Shown: positions 39,682-49,620, counted from the first letter of the stretch. The stretch is DNA of 64,000 nucleotides from Candidatus Latescibacterota bacterium (GCA_965222935.1 CBDCVA010000001.1:28389-92388); one strand, 5' to 3'. Notes: generated from the letters alone by a model not told the origin. Made by a program: numbers and translations.

Positions 39682-40416
39682 ATGCTCACGCCGATTGCGC
39701 TCGCGGCGCTGCTCGGGTGCGGTGCTGTCGCCGCCTTCGGGGCGACCCTGACCGGCTTCGGGTTCGCCACGCTCATCACCCCTGTGGCGGCCGCCTTTAT
39801 GCCTTTGGTGGATGCCATCGTGCTCGTCTCGGCATTCCACGGCGCCAACAGCCTCGCACGGTTCGTGCTGTTCCGGCGGCACGTGGAGAGGTCCTTCGTC
39901 CTCTGGTACGGCATCCCGGGCATGGTGGCGGCAGCGGTGGGCGCCCAACTCCTGGGACAACTCCGCTCGCCCATCATTACCCTCCTCTTCGGCGGGGTCC
40001 TGGCAGTTTACGCGCTCCTGGGCTTGTGGGGGAAGACCCTGCGTCTGCCGGATAGGCGCCCCACACTCGTCCTGGGCGGCCTCCTTTCCGGGCTCACGGC
40101 GGGGATGATCGGGCTTCAGGGAGCGATCCGTTCGGTGGTCCTCATCTCCACGGATCTGGCCAGGGAGCGTTTCATCGCTACGTCCGCGGCCATCGCTCTC
40201 ATCGTCGACGCGACGCGGATCAGCGTCTACTTCGCGACGGGGGTCGGAATGGAAACCCTCAGCGCCCGGACCATTGCACTCTTCATGGGGGCCGCCTTTT
40301 TGGGTTCATGGCTCGCCAAACGGCTCTTGCCGCGCGTCTCCGAGGTGAAATTCCGGCGTGTCGTCTTCGGCGCACTGGTGGTCTACGGCGTCTGGCTCGT
40401 CGTCAGTCCGACCTGA
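39682..40416 (+). CDS. TauE/SafE family anion exporter-like membrane protein
   Basis: Start ATG at 39682 (GAAAGGA RBS). It is multi-TM, Gly-rich, with an internal two-fold repeat typical of DUF81/TauE. Confidence 0.7.
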   Translation: MLTPIALAALLGCGAVAAFGATLTGFGFATLITPVAAAFMPLVDAIVLVSAFHGANSLARFVLFRRHVERSFVLWYGIPGMVAAAVGAQLLGQLRSPIITLLFGGVLAVYALLGLWGKTLRLPDRRPTLVLGGLLSGLTAGMIGLQGAIRSVVLISTDLARERFIATSAAIALIVDATRISVYFATGVGMETLSARTIALFMGAAFLGSWLAKRLLPRVSEVKFRRVVFGALVVYGVWLVVSPT

Positions 40417-40436
40417 GACGCCGTTCGCTCCGACCT

Positions 40437-41540
40437 CTACTGGAACTTGCCCCGCGCGGCAACGGGCCAGGCCGCCTCGACAGCGCCCGCCCGATGCGCG
40501 AAAAGCCATTCGTGCAGGTTGAAGGTGGTGCAGCCGTGGCCGGGGATCACCTGAAAAACATCGCCCACCTTTGGCGCGCGGGCGCCGTCGCTCACGGAGA
40601 ACGACCCGTGCTCCTCCGCAAGACTTTGGGCCTCTAGTTCGGGATGCGCCACGACGGCGGGCATCCCGAATTCCGGCGTGACGGCCTTCATGCCCGCATC
40701 GGTGATCAAGGTCTCCGAGTTCGGTCGCGAGATCGTGGTCACCAGGACCGTGAGCGCGTTGTCGAATTCGGGCATGTTCTGTTTGTAGCGGGCGTCCATC
40801 GTCGCATACGTCCCTGCCTGCACTTCCGTCACACCTGGGTGCGCCCCGGTGATATGGTAGGTCCCGGTCCCCCCCGAGGAAATGATGGGCGATTCGATGC
40901 CGGCCTCGTCCACGATCCCCTTCGTGCGGAAAAGCTCCCCCAGGTGGCGCAGCGTGTTCTCCTTTTTCGCCTCGGGGTCGGCTTCGAGGACGCAGTGGCC
41001 CTCGTAGGCCATGAGGCCGCTGTAGCGCAGGCCCTCCAGCTCCAGGACCTTCTGCACCATCGCGAGCGTCGGCTCGCCGGGAAGGACGCCGCACCTGCCC
41101 ATGCCGCTGTCGATCTCCACCAGCACGCGCACCCGCGTCCCGGCTGCGAGCGCCGCCTGTGAGATCATCTGCGCGTTGTCCGCGTCGTCTAGGGCGACCA
41201 TGACGTCCGAGCGTTTCGCCAGTTCGATCAGCCGCGCGATCTTCTTGGCGCCCACGACCTGGTTGGCAACCAGGATGTCGGTGATGCCGCTTTGGGCGAT
41301 CACCTCCGCCTCGCCCAGCTTCGCGCACGTGATCCCGACCGCCCCGGCCTCGATTTGCATGTGCGCGATCTGGGGGCACTTGTGCGTTTTCGAATGCGGC
41401 CGCAGCCCCGATGCTTGCTTCGCGAAGAAGGCGGCCATGCGGTTGATGTTGGCTTCGAGCAGGTCCAGGTCCACCAGGAGCGCGGGTGTGTCCAGCTCCT
41501 CGATGGGCAGCCCCACTAGGGCTTCGGTGTCGTCGGGCAT
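40437..41540 (-). CDS. DSD1/D-threonine-aldolase-like PLP-dependent enzyme (alanine racemase N-terminal fold)
   Basis: 367 aa with the PLP-lysine segment RPHSKTHKCPQIA and a C-terminal HGC..FNL motif. Confidence 0.75.
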   Translation of the reverse strand: MPDDTEALVGLPIEELDTPALLVDLDLLEANINRMAAFFAKQASGLRPHSKTHKCPQIAHMQIEAGAVGITCAKLGEAEVIAQSGITDILVANQVVGAKKIARLIELAKRSDVMVALDDADNAQMISQAALAAGTRVRVLVEIDSGMGRCGVLPGEPTLAMVQKVLELEGLRYSGLMAYEGHCVLEADPEAKKENTLRHLGELFRTKGIVDEAGIESPIISSGGTGTYHITGAHPGVTEVQAGTYATMDARYKQNMPEFDNALTVLVTTISRPNSETLITDAGMKAVTPEFGMPAVVAHPELEAQSLAEEHGSFSVSDGARAPKVGDVFQVIPGHGCTTFNLHEWLFAHRAGAVEAAWPVAARGKFQ

Positions 41541-41668
41541 GGCGTGGCTCCTTAAGCGTCGAATCGGGAAAGGTCGTCAGTGATCCTCAGAAGATAAAGT
41601 GACGCAACCTGCACCTGAGCGCAACGACCGCGTTGGGACCCGGTGAGAGCGAGGCGGCCCGCCCATCG

Positions 41669-41881
41669 CTAGTCCCCCGATTCCTTCTTCCCGTTGCCGC
41701 GGAGCGTGATGCTTCGCACGTCCGCCGTCTTGAGAGCGATCCGCTCGGTGACGATCAACGCCTCGCTCCGTCTGCGAGCACGGGCCCACAGTTGCAGAAG
41801 GGGCGCCGCCGTCGCCAGAAGGAGCGTCTGCCCGCTTTGCAATTCCACGTGGTAATGCGTGACGGTCGGTTCCTCAGCCAT
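41669..41881 (-). CDS. Small hypothetical protein
   Basis: About 70-aa ORF with no recognisable motif. Weak support only. Confidence 0.3.
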   Translation of the reverse strand: MAEEPTVTHYHVELQSGQTLLLATAAPLLQLWARARRRSEALIVTERIALKTADVRSITLRGNGKKESGD

Positions 41882-42283
41882 TCCCTTCATCTCAGCGGCA
41901 AGCCCACCTGTAAGGGAGGCCTCGTCCGCGCTCTATGTTTCCTGATGGCGCTTGACGCTCCCCGGTGATGAAAATATATTCGGCGTAGCCTCGGTTCGGA
42001 AATGGCGGTGATGCTGGCGTAAGGGGCGGATGCGGCCGAAGACGGGTTCGTGCTGCGAGAGAAGGTCTCGGTCATGGTGGGATGGGTGCATAGGTGGGGA
42101 CGCTGCGCGGCGTGATTTTTCTGGATGTGGACGGGCGGCTTCGGGATGCCATGAACGAGCCGTTTCGGTGCTTCCCGCTTCTGGCCGACACGGGCGCGAT
42201 GCGCCTCCTCGATGAGGCTCACGTCGCCCAAATCCGTCCCGCCGAAACTAGGGCGTAGCGCGTTTAGCCCACCCGCTCCTCCC

Positions 42284-42313
42284 TTGACACGCCTCGAGGA
42301 TGGGGTGTATCCT
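42284..42313 (+). promoter_or_regulatory. Candidate promoter of the Wzi/GT2/radical-SAM operon (TTGACA-18 nt-TATCCT)
   Basis: The -10 element ends 8 nt before the ATG at 42322 and there is no SD sequence. This suggests a leaderless or near-leaderless transcript. Confidence 0.4.
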
Positions 42314-42321
42314 CCGCGTTG

Positions 42322-44028
42322 ATGTCCGACCGGCCTCAGAGGTTCCTGGCAGTTCTCCTTTTGTCCTGCCTCTCGGCTGGGGCGCTACGGGCCGCGGAAC
42401 CCGTCTCGACCTACCTCCCTCTCGATCACCGCGCTTACGATGCCCTCGAACGCTGGGAGGCCAAGGGCCTCCTGCCCCGCCTGGCCGATGGCACCCGGCC
42501 GCTCTCCCGGCTCGACGTCGCCCGTGCCCTCGACCGGGTGTGGGGCGCGCGCGACCAGGAGCCGGGCCTGTCGTCGGTCGAACGGGCGGATCTCGTGTGG
42601 CTCGCCGACGAATTCGCTATCGAGTTGGAGGCGTTGGACGCAGGCCTCAAGGGGAAACGTCCCGATCGCGAGCGTGGGCTCCGCAGGTTGCTGAGAGGCG
42701 GCCCCCTGGCCCGCTGGGAGAGGTCCGACGCCACGCTGGAAGTGGACCTGATGGTCAAGGGCGAGGCGATCGTGGAGCGGGGCGACCTGCGCGAGACGAC
42801 CCGCGTGACCACCAGCGGGGGCATCGCCCGAGGAACGCTGGGGGAGACGTTCGCCTTCTATAGCCGCTTTCGCGAGACGCGGGAGCGGGGCACCAAGTTC
42901 TACAACACCCCCGATGTCCTCAGCACACGGCGCGTCGGCTTCGTCAAGCTGCGCGACGATTTCGCCGATTACGACGAGGGCCTTGCCTACGTACTGGTCC
43001 GCCTGAGGTGGTTTCTGATCGAATTCGGCCGCGATGCGCTCCAATGGGGCCCCGGTGCGCGCGGCAGCCTGATCCTTTCGCCCTCGGCGCCTCCCTTCAC
43101 GATGGTCAAGCTGGAAACGCATTACGGTCGGCTCAAGTACATCGCGCTGGGCGGCGTCTTGCGCACCGAAGAACTCGATTCCTTGAAGATTTACCAGGTC
43201 GGACCCCTCCTGCGCAAGGATTTCCGAAAGAAGGCCATCGCCGCGCACCGGCTGGAAGTGGCGGCGACCGACTGGCTGGATGTGGCCGCCAGCGAGGTCG
43301 TCATCTACGGCGACCGGGGTCTGGACATGGCGTACTTCAACCCCGCCATCGTCCTGCGGGCCGCAGAGCGCGACCAGGGAGACCGCGACAACGCCACCGC
43401 GGCGCTGGACCTGGAGGCCCGCTTGCCCCGCCGAATCAAAATGTACGGGGCGCTCTTCATCGACGACCTGACCAAGTCGAAGGTCGGCACGAGCTTCTTC
43501 GGCAACAAGCTGGCCTGGTTGGGCGGTGCCTTCTGGGTGGACCCCTGGCGGCTCGTGAACACCGACTTCCGCTTCGAGTACGCGCGGTTGGACCCCTTCG
43601 TCTACACCCACACCTTCGGGGTCAACGCCTTCACCAACTGGCGGGCCTCGCTCGGGCATTGGCTTGATCCCAACTCGGACGAGTGGTATCTTGAGGCGCG
43701 GCATCGGCCCCATCGGTCTCTCCGGGTCGAGTTGGCGCTTTGGGGTCGGCGGCACGGAGCGAATCCGCCGGGAGCCAACTTCGGAGGGGACCTGCGTCTT
43801 GGCTCGTCGGTGCAAGCCGGCGCGGGGGGCGAGTTTCTCGCGGGCGAGCGTGAGCGCGAAACGGCGTTTCGGACCCGGCTCGTCTACGAGCCGATCCGCG
43901 ATCTGCTCGCCGTTTTCGATTATCGGCACCGACAGTTGCGCAACGTCCTTGGGAAGGATCTTTCGGGGCCAAGGGGGGACGAACTGCGTCACGAGTTCCG
44001 TTTCATCATCGGCTACAACGATTTCTGA
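42322..44028 (+). CDS. Capsule-assembly Wzi-like outer-membrane protein
   Basis: Signal peptide FLAVLLLSCLSAGALRA. The N-terminal motif PLDHRAYDALERWEAKGLL...RPLSRLDVARAL is typical of the Wzi family (from memory). The rest is beta-rich and ends in an aromatic residue (YNDF). Confidence 0.65.
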   Translation: MSDRPQRFLAVLLLSCLSAGALRAAEPVSTYLPLDHRAYDALERWEAKGLLPRLADGTRPLSRLDVARALDRVWGARDQEPGLSSVERADLVWLADEFAIELEALDAGLKGKRPDRERGLRRLLRGGPLARWERSDATLEVDLMVKGEAIVERGDLRETTRVTTSGGIARGTLGETFAFYSRFRETRERGTKFYNTPDVLSTRRVGFVKLRDDFADYDEGLAYVLVRLRWFLIEFGRDALQWGPGARGSLILSPSAPPFTMVKLETHYGRLKYIALGGVLRTEELDSLKIYQVGPLLRKDFRKKAIAAHRLEVAATDWLDVAASEVVIYGDRGLDMAYFNPAIVLRAAERDQGDRDNATAALDLEARLPRRIKMYGALFIDDLTKSKVGTSFFGNKLAWLGGAFWVDPWRLVNTDFRFEYARLDPFVYTHTFGVNAFTNWRASLGHWLDPNSDEWYLEARHRPHRSLRVELALWGRRHGANPPGANFGGDLRLGSSVQAGAGGEFLAGERERETAFRTRLVYEPIRDLLAVFDYRHRQLRNVLGKDLSGPRGDELRHEFRFIIGYNDF

Positions 44029-45176
44029 TGTTTCTCCTGACGCTGGCGGCGGGCTACACGCTGCTTTTGGCCGTTCTGCTTTGGGGCTGGCGGCGGGACG
44101 TTCGCCGTGCGCGGGAGCGCCCTCCGGCCACACCCGAGGCGACCCCTTTCGTCTCGGTTCTGGTCGCGGCCCGGAACGAGGCGCGGACGTTGGGCCGCTG
44201 CCTCGAAGCGCTTCTAAGGCAGGATTATCCGAGCGATCGCTACGAGGTCATTGTCATCGACGACCGTTCGACGGATGCGACTTGCGAGGTCGCCCGAATG
44301 CATGCAGCGCGTGACGCGAGGATACAGGTCGTCCTCAAGCGTTCCGAGGGGCCCTACCGCTGCCCGAAGAAGAGTGCGCTTGCAGCGGCGATGACGAAAG
44401 CGCGCGGGGAGATCATCGCGACGACCGACGCGGACTGCTGGGCTGAGACGGGATGGCTCCGGGCGATGGTGAGCCGATGCACCCCTGAAGTCGGCATGGT
44501 CGTCGGCGCCTCACCGGTTGCCGGGGCGCGGACGGCCCTCGAGCACCTGGCCGCGCTGGAATCTCTTCTGGTGCCCATCCTGGCTCGCTCGGCGATCGGC
44601 CTGGGCTGGCCGCTGGCGTGCACGGGGCGGAGTCTGGCCTACCGCCGCGAGGCTTTCGACCAAGTCGGCGGTTTCTCGCGCATCGGCGGTGTCGTCGGCG
44701 GGGACGACGTGTTGCTGCTGCACGAGCTGCGCAAGAGGACGCAATGGAGGGTCGCTTTCTGTCCACTGGAGGGGGCGCTCGTGTGGACGCTCCCCGATCG
44801 CGGCACGACGGCGGCGCGTTCGCACCGTCTGGTCCGCCGCGCTGCGAAAGCGCTCTGGCAGGCGCCTACGCAGATCCTTTGCGGGCTGTGGGTCGTGGCG
44901 TTCTACCTGGCTCTCGTCTGGGCGGCCTTTGATGCGCTCGGAGGGGGAGATCCGATGCCCTTGGTCCTTGCGCTGGCTGCCAAGCTCGGAGTGGACGCGC
45001 TGGTCATGACGCGGGGGACCCGGGCCTTCAAGGTTCGCGCGCTGGAGCGCTGGATCCCGCTGGGGAGCCTCTTGCACGTCATCGCCTTTCCTACGGCGCA
45101 CCTGCTGGGCGTACTCGGGACTTACCGCTGGCCGGCGAACGCTCCTCTGGCGACCCCCTCGGGGAGCGAGGCGTGA
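44028..45176 (+). CDS. Membrane-embedded family-2 glycosyltransferase (copy 1)
   Basis: N-terminal TM, then SVLVAARNE...VIVIDDRSTDAT...TTDADC, then a C-terminal TM bundle. The Q/RxxRW position is degenerate (HRLVRRAAK). The start overlaps the Wzi stop (TGATG). Confidence 0.85.
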   Translation: MFLLTLAAGYTLLLAVLLWGWRRDVRRARERPPATPEATPFVSVLVAARNEARTLGRCLEALLRQDYPSDRYEVIVIDDRSTDATCEVARMHAARDARIQVVLKRSEGPYRCPKKSALAAAMTKARGEIIATTDADCWAETGWLRAMVSRCTPEVGMVVGASPVAGARTALEHLAALESLLVPILARSAIGLGWPLACTGRSLAYRREAFDQVGGFSRIGGVVGGDDVLLLHELRKRTQWRVAFCPLEGALVWTLPDRGTTAARSHRLVRRAAKALWQAPTQILCGLWVVAFYLALVWAAFDALGGGDPMPLVLALAAKLGVDALVMTRGTRAFKVRALERWIPLGSLLHVIAFPTAHLLGVLGTYRWPANAPLATPSGSEA

Positions 45177-46240
45177 CCCTCGCCGCGCGTGCCGCTTACG
45201 CCTGGCGCAAGTTCGGCTGGGCGCTCACGCCCCGCAGGCTGGCCAACTTGGCGATGGTGACCGCCTCGTGGCACTTCTCGCGGTGGACCGGGCGGGCGGT
45301 CGTCTGGGGTACGCCGCCGGTGTTGATGGCCGAGCCCACCGATGTCTGCAACCTGCGCTGCCCGCTCTGCCCATCGGGGGCGCTCACGCTCACGCGGCCG
45401 CGGGGATACATGGATCTGGAAACCTTTCGGCGTTCTGTGGACACCCTGGCCGACCGGCTGTGCCTGCTTCTGCTCTGGAACCAGGGCGAGCCACTCCTGC
45501 ACCCCGATTTCTGCGAGATGGTGCGTTACGCGACGAGCAAGCGCATCCCCACCATGACCAGCACCAACGGCAATTGGCCCCGCGCGATGGAGGCCGACCC
45601 CACGCCGCTCGTGCGCTCTGGTTTGCGGGAGCTCATCGTCTCGCTGGATGGGGCGACGTCCGAGACCTATCGCGTCTACCGCAAAGGCGGGGATTTCGAC
45701 CGCGTGCTTCAGAACATCCAGAACGTGCAGCGGGTCAAGCACGAACTGGGGAGCCCCACGCCGCTTTTAACCCTCCAGTTCATCGTCATGCGTCACAACG
45801 AAAGCGAACTGGAAGACATCCAGAGGCTGGCGAGAGAGCTGGGAGTCGAGCGGCTTGCGGTCAAGACCTGTCAGGTCTATACCGAGGGGGAAGCGCAGAC
45901 CTACCTGCCCGGTGACGAGCGGTTCAGCCGCTACGAACGCTCGCCCGACGGCGGCTTCCGCATGAAGGCGAAAAGCCTTCCCAACGTCTGCCGGCATCTG
46001 TGGTTCAACACCGTCGTCAACTGGAACGGGACCGTCACCCCCTGCTGCTTCGATAAGGACGCCGAATTCCCCCTGGGCCAGGCGGCAAACGGCCAACCCT
46101 TCTCTGCGGTGTGGCATGGGGCGGCCTACCAGACCTTCCGGCGGCGGGTGATGGAGCGGCGTCCGGGGATCGCCATGTGCACCAACTGCTCGGAGGGGCT
46201 TAAAGGTGGGCTCTTCGTGAGCGTGGGGCCCATCGCGTGA
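45173..46240 (+). CDS. Radical SAM enzyme with a SPASM-like Cys-rich C-terminal domain (copy 1)
   Basis: CNLRCPLC (CX3CX2C) and C-terminal CRHLW...TPCCFD...MCTNC. The start is a GTGA overlap with the upstream GT2. Confidence 0.85.
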   Translation: MTLAARAAYAWRKFGWALTPRRLANLAMVTASWHFSRWTGRAVVWGTPPVLMAEPTDVCNLRCPLCPSGALTLTRPRGYMDLETFRRSVDTLADRLCLLLLWNQGEPLLHPDFCEMVRYATSKRIPTMTSTNGNWPRAMEADPTPLVRSGLRELIVSLDGATSETYRVYRKGGDFDRVLQNIQNVQRVKHELGSPTPLLTLQFIVMRHNESELEDIQRLARELGVERLAVKTCQVYTEGEAQTYLPGDERFSRYERSPDGGFRMKAKSLPNVCRHLWFNTVVNWNGTVTPCCFDKDAEFPLGQAANGQPFSAVWHGAAYQTFRRRVMERRPGIAMCTNCSEGLKGGLFVSVGPIA

Positions 46241-47451
46241 AAGCCCTGGCACACGCGGCGACCGCCGGTCTGGCCGTCACGGGGGCGCTCTACGGCGGAT
46301 TCTTGATCGCTTACGCGGTGGGCTTGTGGCGGCTGCGGCGCGGGCGTTCGGACGTCCAGCCTTCGGTCAGCGTCGTCGTGCCGGCGCGTGACGAGGAGGA
46401 AAACATCGGGGCGTGTCTGGCAGCGCTATCCGAACAAAAGTACCCGACGGACCGCTTGGAGATCGTCGTGGTGGACGACCACTCGGCGGATGCCACCGCG
46501 GACATCGTCTCGGAGTGGGCGGGGCGGGATGACCGAATCCGGGGCATTCGGGCCCCCGAGCCGCCGGCTGGCGTTGCGCCCAAGAAGCACGCCGTCGAGG
46601 TGGGAATCGAGGCCGCGAGCGGTGAGGTGATTGCGACGACGGATGCCGATTGCGTGCCCGGACCGGGCTGGGTTCGGGGACTCGTGCGCCACCTGACGCC
46701 CGACGTGGGGGTCGTTGTGGGCTTGACTGAGTACGACCTGAAGGGCGTGCGATGGCGTTTTCTTCAGGGTATGAACGCGCTGGATTTTCTCACCCACACC
46801 TTTTGTCGAGCCGGTGCCCTGGGCTTGGGCTGGGCCTGCGATGCCAATGCCAACAACTTCGCCTACCGCCGCAGTGCCTATGAAGCGGTGGACGGGTTCG
46901 GGGAGGCGCGGCGCCTTACCTCCGGTGACGACGCCATGCTCATGACGCGGATTGCCACGCGGACCTCCTGGCGCGCCGCTTTCGCGTCTGAGCCGGAAAC
47001 CTTCGTCTGTACGCGGCCCGAAGCCTCCTGGCGCGCGTTCTGGCGGCAGCGGATGCGCTGGGCCTCGAAGGGCACCGCCTACCGGCCGTCTTTCGTCATT
47101 TTCTTGACGGGCGCCTTCGGGTTCTTCGCGCTCTTGTCCACGACGCTTCCTTTCGCTCTTGCCGCACCCAGGGCGTTCAGCGCGCCCCTTTGGGCGTGGC
47201 TGGCCAAAGGAGGGGTTGAAGCCTTCGTCATGGGCGTGGGTGCCTGGCGGTTCCGCCGCTTCGGGCTTTTACCTTATTTTCTACCGGCTCAACTCCTGCA
47301 CGCGCCCGTTATCGTGCTCGCGGTCTTGGGCGGCCATCTGACCCGGTTCGAGTGGAAGGGCCGGGCGCTGGGGCGGAGCGTCCCGGTCGCCCCTGCCGGG
47401 GCCACGGATACAGCGAGGGTGGATGCTGATGCGCTATCTCCCGGTAAGTAA
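46237..47451 (+). CDS. Membrane-embedded family-2 glycosyltransferase (copy 2)
   Basis: SVVVPARDE...IVVVDDHSADAT...TTDADC...QRMRW, plus N- and C-terminal TM helices. GTGA overlap with the upstream gene. Confidence 0.88.
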   Translation: MKALAHAATAGLAVTGALYGGFLIAYAVGLWRLRRGRSDVQPSVSVVVPARDEEENIGACLAALSEQKYPTDRLEIVVVDDHSADATADIVSEWAGRDDRIRGIRAPEPPAGVAPKKHAVEVGIEAASGEVIATTDADCVPGPGWVRGLVRHLTPDVGVVVGLTEYDLKGVRWRFLQGMNALDFLTHTFCRAGALGLGWACDANANNFAYRRSAYEAVDGFGEARRLTSGDDAMLMTRIATRTSWRAAFASEPETFVCTRPEASWRAFWRQRMRWASKGTAYRPSFVIFLTGAFGFFALLSTTLPFALAAPRAFSAPLWAWLAKGGVEAFVMGVGAWRFRRFGLLPYFLPAQLLHAPVIVLAVLGGHLTRFEWKGRALGRSVPVAPAGATDTARVDADALSPGK

Positions 47452-48388
47452 ATACGCCCGGACGGCGGCTTACACGATGCGGAATCTCGCCAGTGGCGAT
47501 ATCCGCTATCCGTTCTACGCCTCCTACAAGATCACCCGCCGCTGCAACTTCACCTGCAGCTACTGTGAGATCTGGCGTGAGCCGAAACCGGAACTCTCGC
47601 CCGAAGACGCGCTGCGCGTGATCGAGAATATCGGGCGTTCCAGCACCGCCATGCTCGCGCTGGAAGGGGGCGACCCGCTTCTGCGCGACGATATCGAAGA
47701 GGTGCTCCGGTTCGCGCACAAGCAGCCGTTCTACATCCTGTTCGTGACTAGCGAGCGCAATCTCCTAGAGCGGCCGATGGAGCGGCTGACGCGCTACATC
47801 GATTTCCTGCATATCTCCATTGATGAGGGGCACCGCAATCTGGAGATGTTCGACGAGCTGGAAGAATACGTCAGGTGGCACTCGACCGTTTGCGTTCAGA
47901 TCGTCGTCCGTGCGCGGGACCTGCCGGAACTCCCGTGGAAGATCGAGCGCTGCGCTCGCGCGGGCGCCAAGGCGCTCATCATGCCCGCGGTGCATCTGGA
48001 TCGCACCAAGAACCAATACCCCGAGATCGAGGCGTTCAGGCGCGATTGCCGGGCGCTCGATAACCGCTTTCCCGACACGGTGATCACCCCCGAGCCGTAC
48101 CTGGAGCAGATTGCCAAGCCCCACGGCTGCAGCGCGTCCTCGATCATCATCGATTCCGACGGCGCTCTCTTCTACCCATGTCGTATCCTGGGCACCAAGC
48201 CCGTGAACCTCGTCGAACAGGACTTAATGGCGTATATCGAATCTCCCGAGGCCCTGGAGTTCCGTAGAGTGATGAAGGTCTGCGAGCGGCGCTGCGGCTG
48301 GTATCAGTACTTCGCCACGACGGCCTTCGTCTCGCCCTCGACCTTCATGGGTGCCATCCGGCCCTATCTGAAAGACCTCGTCCGGTGA
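47423..48388 (+). CDS. Radical SAM enzyme (copy 2)
   Basis: CNFTCSYC motif, with C-terminal cysteines (HGC...YPC...VCERRC). It overlaps the GT2 stop by 29 nt. Confidence 0.85.
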   Translation: MLMRYLPVSKYARTAAYTMRNLASGDIRYPFYASYKITRRCNFTCSYCEIWREPKPELSPEDALRVIENIGRSSTAMLALEGGDPLLRDDIEEVLRFAHKQPFYILFVTSERNLLERPMERLTRYIDFLHISIDEGHRNLEMFDELEEYVRWHSTVCVQIVVRARDLPELPWKIERCARAGAKALIMPAVHLDRTKNQYPEIEAFRRDCRALDNRFPDTVITPEPYLEQIAKPHGCSASSIIIDSDGALFYPCRILGTKPVNLVEQDLMAYIESPEALEFRRVMKVCERRCGWYQYFATTAFVSPSTFMGAIRPYLKDLVR

Positions 48389-49620
48389 GCGGGTGGGGGC
48401 TTCTGATGGCGGCGCCGGGGGTGCTCTACCTCTTGGCTGCCGCCGTGCTGGCGCTTCGCGTCCGGGGTGTCCGCCCCGGGAAACTGGCTCTCCACCCAAA
48501 GGCCTCCGTGTTGCTCCCGGTGCGCGATGAGGCGGAGAACATCGAGGCCGCATTGGGGTGTCTGTCCCGGCAGACCTATCCGCTGGATCAGCTCGAGATC
48601 CTGGTCATTGACGACGGCTCTGGGGATGGCACGGCGGAGCGTGCTAGGCGCGCCGCGAAAGGCCCCCCTCGGGTGCGTGTGCTCAAGACGCCGCCCCTCG
48701 ATCCGGGCATCACGGGCAAGCAGGGGGCGCTCGACTACGGGTTGCGGCGCGCGACGGGGACGGTGATTCTGACGACGGATGCGGACGTACGCGTATCGCC
48801 GACGTGGGTGGCGGAGCACGTCTCGAGGCTACCCCCGCATGGCGAGCGCCTCATTTGCGGGTTGGCCCTCCCCGCGGGTACGAAGACGGGCTTGGGGCGG
48901 CTCTTGTCGTGGTTTGAGGCGGGGGAGCTGCTCCTGCTCCAGACGGTGGCTGCGGGATGGACGGGCCTCGGACGGCCCCTGTCGGGTTTCGGGAAAAACC
49001 TGAGTTACGAGCGGAAAGTCATGGAAGACCTCGGTGGCTACCGCGCGCTGGGCTTCGCTCCCAACGAGGACATGCGTCTCGTTCAGCGCGCAGGACGCCG
49101 CGCCGTTGGCTGGGCCGGCGGTCGCGCGGCGACGGTGCTGGTCTTACCCTCATCGGGTCTGGGGACGCTCCTGCGGCGACGGGCGCGGTGGGCGCGCCAT
49201 GGCTACCGGACGGACCCGTGGCTGTTCGGTTCGTCGCTGGTGGCCTTTCTGAGCGCGCTGGGGACGCTCGGGGCCATAGGCAGTGTCATAGCGCTCGGGA
49301 ATGGCTGGCTCGGGGTGCTGGGCGCCGGACCGCTCGCGCTGGGGAACCTCCTGCTCCTGGCCCGTGGCGCCGCGTTTGCGGGTCGGCCCAGGCTCGTGTG
49401 GTCGTGGCTGCTCGTGCTGGTGGGATACCCGTTCTACGTCATGGCGCTCGGATTGTGGACGGTACTGGGTCCGCGTGAGACCGCCTGGCGCGGGCGGCCG
49501 ATGGAAGCGCCGCCACCCCCATCGAAGCCGCGCAGCCGACGCTACGGGAGGCGCAGGCGGGGACAATCGGCGCAGCGTCAGCGTCACGGTGCATCGAGAC
49601 CGCAAGGAGAAAGGCGGTGA
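48385..49620 (+). CDS. Membrane-embedded family-2 glycosyltransferase (copy 3)
   Basis: SVLLPVRDE...ILVIDDGSGDGT...TTDADV...RRARW with a C-terminal TM bundle. GTGA overlap. Confidence 0.88.
   Translation: MSGWGLLMAAPGVLYLLAAAVLALRVRGVRPGKLALHPKASVLLPVRDEAENIEAALGCLSRQTYPLDQLEILVIDDGSGDGTAERARRAAKGPPRVRVLKTPPLDPGITGKQGALDYGLRRATGTVILTTDADVRVSPTWVAEHVSRLPPHGERLICGLALPAGTKTGLGRLLSWFEAGELLLLQTVAAGWTGLGRPLSGFGKNLSYERKVMEDLGGYRALGFAPNEDMRLVQRAGRRAVGWAGGRAATVLVLPSSGLGTLLRRRARWARHGYRTDPWLFGSSLVAFLSALGTLGAIGSVIALGNGWLGVLGAGPLALGNLLLLARGAAFAGRPRLVWSWLLVLVGYPFYVMALGLWTVLGPRETAWRGRPMEAPPPPSKPRSRRYGRRRRGQSAQRQRHGASRPQGERR

Noticed and set aside
42094-42258. 54-codon plus-strand ORF containing VIFLDVDGRL, which resembles HAD-superfamily motif I (DxDG).
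   Set aside because: It is far too short for a HAD hydrolase, starts at a GTG without an RBS and lacks motifs II-IV. At most it is a decayed gene remnant in the 0.4-kb gap upstream of the Wzi-like operon.
42385-44133. 582-aa ORF antisense to the Wzi-like gene. Similar long antisense or alternate-frame ORFs include 34234-35616 (460 aa), 25591-26670, 26731-27672, 19226-20248, 17303-18550, 30535-31260, 40306-41379, 44511-45101 and 49584-50366.
   Set aside because: Their products are Arg/Pro/Gly/Ala-rich and low-complexity, with no motifs. In every case the opposite strand or another frame encodes a protein with clear family signatures. Long spurious ORFs are expected in high-GC DNA.
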